64,000 nt of DNA from Eledone cirrhosa (lineage: Eukaryota). The notes beneath the pieces were generated by a model that saw nothing but the letters and a program-made list of their open reading frames with translations, did no database searches and was not told the DNA's origin. Positions within the stretch are counted from its first letter, which is position 1. The number at the start of each line of letters is the position of its first letter. Positions 55,046 to 64,000 of this stretch are shown in pieces. The stretch spans positions 37,138,001-37,202,000 of the forward strand of contig OZ024744.1 in NCBI GenBank assembly GCA_964016885.1. The letters are read 5' to 3'. Position numbers and translations under genes: made by a program.

Positions 55046-55959
55046 ATAAATATAATAATAACAACAATAATAAGAATAATGGTACAAAGCACCAGCTATT
55101 CACTGGAGCAATCACTGGCCCTGTGCCAAAAGTAGAAACAACCATTATCATCAGCATCACCACTATCAACAACGAATCATTATCATTTTCATTTTTCAGT
55201 GGTAGTGGTGGGATTTTTGTCATTGTAATGTTTGAATGTCTGACTTTTTTTTTTCCAAGGCCAGTGACATCGGGTACTAATGTTTTTATTGCTGCTGTTT
55301 TTGATTTTAGCTAAGTTAAGCTCGTAGCCATAACAGTGAAGTGGGTAGGGGCGTTGCGTTCAAAAATTTTGAATTTTGTCTTTCTTGTGTTTGTCTCTGT
55401 TTTCTGTTCAGTAGCTTTTCGCCTTGTTACTTATATTCAATATACAAGTTGACATCCTTCCTTAATATTTGAACTAAACATTTTGAGAGAGCCTAAAGAT
55501 ACAACAATTCTGATGGGATTGGTGGTGGCGGCGGTGATATTGCCGTTATTTGGCTGTTGTAGTTAATTGACGCAGAGGGGGCTTTATTCCTCTTGTAAAC
55601 TTTTTCTTTTTTGAATATATCATTTTCAACATAAAATTAAATATTTGAGTTTTATTCCCAGATATGTGGTCTTACCTGTTGAAGGTGAGGGTTGATGTCT
55701 TATGTCCCTTTTGCAATAGAAATTATTATATCACAAGTGTTTTATATATGTAATTTTTTTATATTTTTCTTTTTGTCTGTGTTCTGCTCAGTAGCTTTTT
55801 GTAGAGTAGAGATGAGGAGCAGTGTTGAACTCGGCAGGATTTGCGCTCAGACTATAAATGGTAGATGCCGTAAGGATGAAAGGCAAAGACCCCGTAAGAT
55901 AATGATAATGATTTATAAACAACAGTCACATTAAGAAAACATTAAAGACAGCGCAAAAA

Positions 55960-56147
55960 TAATTGTTTCCACGTTTGGCACAAGGCCAGAAATTACTCAG
56001 TGCATTACTGGTACTTTATTTTATCGACCCCGTAAGGATGAAAGGCAAAGTTAACCTCGGCGGGATTTTAACTCAGAATGGCAAGGGCCGTAACTCTATG
56101 CGTCAAAGCATGGCGTCCGACCCTCTACCATTACTGCCAATCCACTG
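55960..56147 (-). mobile_element. Meta-like tRNA SINE
   Basis: Complete head, Meta-like domain and tail. Confidence 0.8.
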
Positions 56148-56182
56148 ATAGATAAATTGTCTCGAAACTTCTTTTTTTCTTT

Positions 56183-57387
56183 TTTTCCCTTAGTGTTGTA
56201 GTTTATTTTCAATTTACGCTAAATAACTGGTGGTGGTGTAACCTTAAATTCACTAATCCTCTATATGAGCGTTTGCCAAACTTAAATAGTTCAATTAACA
56301 GTGAAAAGGAGGCTGGAACTTCTGTTCACCTAATTTAAATAGACCAACCTCATTCCAGATTTTATGCATCTGTTCCCTATAGTTTTTTTTTTCCATGGGA
56401 TCATTCTTCAGGTAACATTTCATGACAGTTTAATTCAATTCTTACGTCCATTTGGTTCTTGCCCCAATCCTTCTACTTCCTCTAACACCAGCAGTATTTG
56501 GATGGCAGCCAGGTCCCTGCTGCTGGGACATTGAGCCCTTGCTGGGTGAAGTTCCAGCACATGAAGTTCCAGCCTCCTTTTCACTGTGAATTGAACTATT
56601 TAAATTTGGCATTTAAACACTCATATAGAGGATTAGTGAATTTAAGGTTACACCACCACCAGTGTTTTAGCGTAAATTGAAAATAAACTACAACACTAAG
56701 GGAAAAGAGATAAAGGATATCCTAGATGAATTTAAGGTTACACCACCACCAGTGTGTTTAGCGTAAATTGAAAATAAATTACAACATTAAGGGAAAAGAG
56801 GTAAATGTTATCTAAGAGGAACTTAAGCAGCGCATTGTAGCAAAAGGTGCAAAGATTAAGCGATATGAGAATAGAGTTACACAGTATAGACAGAACCGCA
56901 TGTTTGACAACAACCAGATGTTTTTTTGAACAGCTTGAAGGAAAAGAAAGAGGCAATGACGTGATCCCTGAGGCTGAACAAACTAAGACATCCTGGAGAG
57001 GAATATACGAGCAGGATGTTGAAGATAATAGTCAGGCAGTGTGGATTGAGACAGTTCAAAAGGAGATTAGTGAACAAGCACACAAACAACCTGTTTTTAG
57101 TATCACAGCTGAAACTCTTAAAAAACAGGCCAAAAAAACTAATCAACTGGATATCACCAGGCCCAGATGGTGTGCAGGGGTATTGGATTAAAAATATAAC
57201 ATCCCTCCACCCAAAACTGACAACCATGTTCAATGACTGCTTGATGTCGGGTGAAGTACCAGAGTGGTTGACAAAAGGTACCATAGTTTTGGTTATAAAA
57301 GACCGAATCAAGGATAATGAGTTCATCAACTATAGGCCTATCATATGTCTGGCCGTAATGTGGAAACTGTTAAGAAGTATTGTGTAA
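56183..57387 (+). mobile_element. Rearranged R4/Dong-like non-LTR retrotransposon fragment
   Basis: Plus strand: SPGPDGVQGYWIK..PEWLTKG..NYRPIICL..MWKLL. Minus strand at about 56320-56470: KWT..N..VMKCY..P...YREQMHKIW N-terminal motif. The clade call is from memory of the motifs. Confidence 0.7.
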
Positions 57388-57389
57388 AA

Positions 57390-59212
57390 GCCCCGCTTTT
57401 TGGAACACTTCAAAAGGCATGCTTGCTGGGAACAGCAAGAACTTCCGATACGTCCTGAATATCTGAAGTCTCCTTGCAGCCTTTACCCCTCTTCGTTTGC
57501 CCTCGCTTTTAGAGGGTGAAGCTAAGGGTTTTTTTCCTTTTTATTTTTTTGTGGCAGACCGTTTACCACTTCCCTCACGCCTCATACTCCATATCGGATT
57601 CTGTGGCGTCAGGGAGGGGTATGAGCTCCACTGCTGTTGGTGGTGGTAGTGGAGCCCGCTCCGGCCATTTTGCCGCTGGTGTAGCTACTGCGACTGTTGG
57701 TGTTGCCGCCACTGCTGCCGCTGTTTTAATTGTCCCTGGCCTTAGTATGGGTGCCACGGACGTTGCCCTTCAATTCACCATGGAATGGTCTTCTACCTCT
57801 GTTGCCTGCCCTGCTCTTGGTAGCAGCGGATCCGGCGTCGGAAGGAGAGGGACCCTCTTCTTGTCTGTCTTCTGCGGGCAGAAGGCACTGAGGTGACCCT
57901 TCTGCCCACAGAGATAACACTTTGGGCGCCTTTCCTCCACGCTTATAGGGATCTGGAGTCCTTCTTCGAGGTCTATGATATCTGGGATGACCTCGATGCA
58001 CACCTGGTCAGTATGTATTAGCATTTGCATGCCTATTCCTGACCAGTTCTCTCTTCCCATTCTCTATATTTGCAGTATGGTGGTCTTCTTCTCGATTCCA
58101 GCCAGTACAGACGCAGCCAGCGAAGGTATGGACTCGTCGGGCGGGGCCTGGTTCACTTTGACCTTCACAATTTTCTGCCCGCAGTAGGAGGGCACCAAGA
58201 CTATCTCCTCACTTTTTAGGGTTTCCAAAGTGTGAGAATTCGCCTCTTGCGGGGAGACGAAAAGTACGCCTACTGTGACGTACGTTTGCCTCGGGTGATG
58301 TGGGTTTATCGCGCCCAGACTAAGGCCTTTTGGATTTGAGCCTCCGTGGCTCTCTCCGCCCGATGTAACATTTTGCTTACGGTGAGTAAATCACCGTGCG
58401 CAGCTGCTGGTCTTTGGAGAAATCGAGTGGAGGTTTCAGGGAAACTCTATTGTCATTTCTTGACACCATGGCTCTTGCGACTGCCATCTCCTCCCCCGTG
58501 ACTAGCACTGTCTCTATATTTCGGGCCTCACCTGCGAAAGAAGTGGCCCCTTTTTTAGCGGCACCATTATTGCTGCCACTACTGCTGCTACTGGTCTTGT
58601 TGTTGGTACTGTTGCTGTTGCTACTGATACAAATGTTGTTGTTGGTGTTGTTGCTGTTATCACTGTTGTAGTTTGTTGTGTTTTTGGTGCCACCGTTGTC
58701 GTTGTTTTCGGTGCAATTTGTATTGTTGCTGTTGGTGTTGTCGTTGTTTATTTTCTTGTTAGTGGTGTTAATATCGTTGTTGCATTTGTTGTCATTTTTT
58801 TTTCTGTTGTCTGTATTTTGGTTGTCGCTGTTATTGTTGTAGTTATTGGTGTGGTCATTTTTTTTAAAATTAGGGTTCTCAGTGTTGTCTTTGTTCACGT
58901 TGTCTGTGGTGTTGCTTTTTTATGAATTTCACTAACCCTCCTCTCAATTTTTACGCCATTGTCACATGACAGCAGACATATTGCTGGGGTGCTTGGCTCA
59001 GCCATGTCCTTTTTTTTTATTTTCAATAGTAAAATGTTAAAATTTTGGTCAAATATTTGGTCCAAAAGGCCAAAATATTATACTTTCCCCTTCACAGGGC
59101 AAAGTCCAAGGGTTTATATCCTTTACACAACAAGAACAATTTAACAAAAAATAATTATAACAGGTAAATAAGGCGACTTACTGGGAGCGAGCAAAAAGAC
59201 GTCCAAACAGAC
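57390..59212 (-). mobile_element. Tx1 copy F: 5' UTR and partial ORF1, 3' part missing
   Basis: 5' UTR matches copies A and B. CYLCGQKGHLSAFC knuckle. Confidence 0.85.
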
Positions 59213-59226
59213 TAATAATAATAATA

Positions 59227-59428
59227 ATTGTTTCTTATATAGGCACAAGGCCAGCACTTTAGGGGGAGGGGAAAGTCGATTAAATCGTCTGGCACTTTAT
59301 TTTATCGACCCCATAAGGATGAAAGGCAAATTTAATCTTGGCGGGATTTGAATTCAGAATGGCAAGGGCTGTAACTCTATGCTGGAAAGCATGGCATCCG
59401 ACCCTCTACCGATACTGCCATCCACCGC
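59227..59428 (-). mobile_element. Meta-like SINE whose (ATT)n tail abuts Tx1 copy F
   Basis: GCCTTTCATCCTTATGGGGTCGATAAAATAAAG domain. Confidence 0.8.
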
Positions 59429-59876
59429 AATAATAATGGTAATAATAACAAAAATATCAATAATAACTTACCAAATATGATAACAAAAGAAATGTCAATA
59501 AAGTACCGAAAATAACAAACTGGATCAATATCAATTTTGATTCGTTGGCTAATTCTAAATATCTTTTATACAAAGACACGAAAATAAATCATTACGCATA
59601 TATTCATGCATATATATATATATGCGTAATGAGTTATTATACATACATACATATATTGGGACTGCAAACTCTGCTAAGAGTATTGCAATCGCTTGTCAGA
59701 TTTCAGAAAATGGTACCCTTTTAGGCTACGGCCACCCACACGGGCCTGTAACATAATCTGAACAAGCAATACTTGTGCTTTGAAGGTTTTTTTTAAGTGG
59801 GGTAAGGCCTTGCACTCGACCAATCCCACTCTTTGAGTATCGAAATCACTCCCCGAAAAGGAGAACTGGTCAACAT

Positions 59877-59969
<93 letters not shown>

Positions 59970-60585
59970 GCAAGTAAGTTCAGTTCAGTGTTCTGCTATA
60001 CGTGTTCTGCTATACTTGCTGGTGTGCGTGTGTGTGTGGGGGGGGTGTATGTATGTGTGTGTATGGGGCTTGGTTAACCCAATATTCCCAATTTACATCG
60101 TCAAATTGAGATTTGACCAGTGTAGCATCTGTTGTTTTGTGAACTAACTTTCGGTGAATGCTGTGTTGGTACATTCTTATATTTGTTTTCTTATATTTGT
60201 TTTTTTTTTCTCTAACATCGCTTCGGTGTGTGTGAGAGTGTGTGTGTACCCACCCACACTAACTGTGACCTTTTATAATTCTACGAGTTTGATACTGTGT
60301 TGATGTGTGTATATATATGTATATAGTTTTTTCTTTGACCTCGAGCCGGTGTATGTGGGTGTGGAGTGTGTGTGTACCCATTCACATTAACTATATCCCT
60401 ACAGATTTGATTGATGTCCAGCGTCTTTTGAAGCGATAAAAATCTGAAAACTTTTATGACCTCAACTGAAGCTAATAGCAGTCGCCGTGTCTCTCACTGG
60501 TGTGTCACCATATGAGGGAATGAATTCTGAGAGAGAACATCGTTATTTTTCTCTCTCATATCAAGAATTCGAGGACAATTCATTT

Positions 60586-60659
60586 TCACCTGATGAGTTC
60601 AGTGATAATCGATCATGGCTTCACAATCGATCTATCTCTTCTTGAAACATGTGTCGTGA
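60586..60659 (+). ncRNA. Type I hammerhead ribozyme, solitary, with irregular stem II
   Basis: TCAC-CTGATGA-(47 nt)-GAAA-CATGTG-TC-GTGA. Confidence 0.7.
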
Positions 60660-60845
60660 TTAAATGATTGGAATTTTACCTTGCCTTCAGATTTTCATTT
60701 TGATACTTATACTCAGTTTTACATCATCTAGCTGTTCCCTTGAAGGGAATTGGAAATATACAAAAGCGTGGAGAACTTAATATTGCTAACATAAAGTTAT
60801 TGGACCATTTTACACAACCAATATTGCTCCTTACTATATAACAAC

Positions 60846-60877
<32 letters not shown>

Positions 60878-61112
60878 ACTAAGGAAATGTGGTAAGGAAC
60901 CAGGTGGACCATAACGCACCAAAGTACTCAATACTTGAGGTAGTAGAGTGGATAATAGGAACCAGTAAGACCCCGACAGCTGAGCTCAAGCCGTTTCGAC
61001 GGCTAATTCTGGACTAAAAGTCCAGAATGAAGCATTATAGCTAAAAAAGATTTAGTCCAGAATTAGCCGTCGAGACGGCTTGAGCTCAGCTGTCGGGGTC
61101 TTACTGGTTCCT
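60878..61112 (-). repeat. Fold-back copy of the 8419-8800 family
   Basis: Inverted arms at about 60956-61017 and 61052-61112. TA runs on both sides. Confidence 0.75.
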
Positions 61113-61156
61113 ATATATATATATATATGTATACATATATATATATATATACATAC

Positions 61157-61246
<90 letters not shown>

Positions 61247-61248
61247 AC

Positions 61249-61317
<69 letters not shown>

Positions 61318-61352
61318 AATATATATGTATGTATATATATATATATGTATAT

Positions 61353-64000
61353 ATACATTATGAAGAGAAAAGAAACATTTAGATATAATTAGTAATAAAA
61401 TGTATCATACCTAAACTGCTCCTAAATTCCTCGACTACGTAGTTTCGTGGCATAAACAAAAACAATATATCAAAGATACAGAGTCCTTGCGAGGTCTGCC
61501 AACTTATCAAGAGGATACCTCATTTTACTAGTCTCAAGAACGCGTCTACACGACGTGAGAAAGAATCCCAAAAGGCGGAGGGGGAGATAGTCACGCGATA
61601 TAACGGTCGAGAAACAGAGCTAAGCCTCTTATAACCACGAAGAAAATACCACGGAGGCGGAGGGGGTATTCATATCGAGGCCGTAGAAGAGGTAGTGAAG
61701 AAGGCGAGAAGTATGAGTAATGGAAGCTTTCCTGTTGTCCCCACACTTCAAAGATTGCTCGACCAGAGGGAGTTATTAATATATTTAGAAACACACAGAT
61801 ACATGCGGACACACACATATATACATGAATGCATCCGCACCCAACTGTGAGTTAAGGGTGCCAACTTCACCGATGTTGCTCAATGAATGACTGGGACAGA
61901 CCAATTCAGTTTGAACCAGACTGAACCAGTATCAGAGTTAAAAATACATTATGAAGAGAGAAGAAACATTTAGATATAATTAGTAATAAAATGTATCATA
62001 CCTAAACTGCTCCTAAATTCCTCGACTACGTAGTTTCGTGGCATAAACAAAAACAATATATCAAAGATATAGAGTCCTTGCGAGGTCTGCCAACTTATCA
62101 AGAGGATACCTCATTTTACTAGTCTCAAGAACGCGTCTACACGACGTGAGAAAGAATCCCAAAAGGCGGAGGTGGAGATAGTCACGCGATATAACGGTCG
62201 AGAAACAGAGCTAAGCCTCTTATAACCACGAAGAAAATACCACGGAGGCGGAGGGGGTATTCATATCGAGGCCGTAGAAGAGGTAGTGAAGAAGGCGAGA
62301 AGTATGAGTAATGGAAGCTTTCCAGTTGTCCCCACACTTCAAAGATTGCTCGACCAGAGGGAGTTATTAATATATTTAGAAACACACAGATACATGCGGA
62401 CACACACATATATACATGAATGCATCCGCACCCAACTGTGAGTTAAGGGTGCCAACTTCACCGATGTTGCTCAATGAATGACTGGGACAGACCAATTCAG
62501 TTTGAACCAGACTGAACCAGTATCAGAGTTAAAAATACATTATGAAGAGAGAAGAAACATTTAGATATAATTAGTAATAAAATGTATCATTCCGCCTCCG
62601 TGGTATTTTCTTCGTGGTTATAAGAGGCTTAGCTCTGTTTCTCGACCGTTATATCGCGTGACTATCTCCCCCTCCGCCTTTTGGGATTCTTTCTCACGTC
62701 GTGTAGACGCGTTCTTGAGACTAGTAAAATGAGGTATCCTCTTGATAAGTTGGCAGACCTCGCAAGGACTCTATATCTTTGATATATTGTTTTTGTTTAT
62801 GCCACGAAACTACGTAGTCGAGGAATTTAGGAGCAGTTTAGGTATGATACATTTTATTACTAATTATATCTAAATGTTTCTTCTCTCTTCATAATGTATT
62901 TTTAACTCTGATACTGGTTCAGTCTGGTTCAAACTGAATTGGTCTGTCCCAGTCATTCATTGAGCAACATCGGTGAAGTTGGCACCCTTAACTCACAGTT
63001 GGGTGCGGATGCATTCATGTATATATGTGTGTGTCCGCATGTATCTGTGTGTTTCTAAATATATTAATAACTCCCTCTGGTCGAGCAATCTTTGAAGTGT
63101 GGGGACAACTGGAAAGCTCCATTACTCATACTTCTCGCCTTCTTCACTACCTCTTCTACGGCCTCGATATGAATACCCCCTCCGCCTCCGTGGTATTTTC
63201 TTCGTGGTTATAAGAGGCTTAGCTCTGTTTCTCGACCGTTATATCGCGTGACTATCTCCCCCTCCGCCTTTCGGGATTCTTTCTCACGTCGTGTAGACGC
63301 GTTCTTGAGACTAGTAAAATGAGGTATCCTCTTGATAAGTTGGCAGACCTCGCAAGGACTCTATATCTTTGATATATTGTTTTTGTTTATGCCACGAAAC
63401 TACGTAGTCGAGGAATTTAGGAGCAGTTTAGGTATGATACATTTTATTACTAATTATATCTAAATGTTTCTTCTCTCTTCATAATGTATTTTTAACTCTG
63501 ATACTGGTTCAGTCTGGTTCAAACTGAATTGGTCTGTCCCAGTCATTCATTGAGCAACATCGGTGAAGTTGGCACCCTTAACTCACAGTTGGGTGCGGAT
63601 GCATTCATGTATATATGTGTGTGTCCGCATGTATCTGTGTGTTTCTAAATATATTAATAACTCCCTCTGGTCGAGCAATCTTTGAAGTGTGGGGACAACT
63701 GGAAAGCTTCCATTACTCATACTTCTCGCCTTCTTCACTACCTCTTCTACGGCCTCGATATGAATACCCCCTCCGCCTCCGTGGTATTTTCTTCGTGGTT
63801 ATTAGAGGCTTAGCTCTGTTTCTCGACCGTTATATCGCGTGACTATCTCCCCCTCCGCCTTTCGGGATTCTTTCTCACGTCGTGTAGACGCGTTCTTGAG
63901 ACTAGTAAAATGAGGTATCCTCTTGATAAGTTGGCAGACCTCGCAAGGACTCTATATCTTTGATATATTGTTTTTGTTTATGCCACGAAACTACGTAGTC
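61353..64000. repeat. 591-bp tandem array with an inversion at 62590/62591; one hammerhead per unit (retrozyme-like)
   Basis: Near-identical units. About 2.1 units on minus, then at least 2.4 units on plus running off the window. Confidence 0.92.
62737..62824 (+). ncRNA. Type I hammerhead with U3-A8 core variant; copies at 63327-63414 and 63918-64000 (+), 61428-61515 and 62019-62106 (-)
   Basis: TCCTC-TTGATAA-GtTGGCA (44 nt) TGCCAC-GAAA-CTACGTAG-TC-GAGGA. Confidence 0.8.

Noticed and set aside
63615-63842. 75-aa ORF repeated in the array units
   Set aside because: Non-ATG start in a TG repeat, frameshifted in one unit, no recognisable motif. It recurs only because the units are nearly identical.
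61353-64000. CRISPR array or rDNA/snRNA tandem
   Set aside because: No repeat-spacer structure and no recognisable 5S, U-snRNA or tRNA sequence.

Overview
Animal intergenic or intronic DNA, probably from an octopod cephalopod (inferred from the Meta- and CORE-type tRNA SINEs and the dense TA/CA/GATA microsatellites). No host protein-coding gene can be supported. The window is mostly retroelements. (1) Minus-strand L1/Tx1-clade LINEs sit in head-to-tail stacks inside (ATT)n or (ATCT)n microsatellites. (2) Penelope-like elements (PLEs; a YVDD Penelope/Poseidon type and YRDD Naiad types) and short fold-back insertions in (TA)n together carry about 20 type I hammerhead ribozyme motifs. (3) There is an R4/Dong-like LINE fragment and there are many SINEs. 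(4) A 591-bp tandem array with an inversion carries one hammerhead per unit, with a compensatory U3-A8 core (retrozyme-like). The main new observation is in the three Tx1 copies that retain both ORF ends: a consensus splice donor overlaps the end of ORF1, and the ORF2 stop TAG followed by G resembles an acceptor. Splicing would remove all of ORF2 and rebuild the ORF1 C-terminus and stop codon. Element boundaries were read by eye and are approximate to a few tens of bases unless stated.
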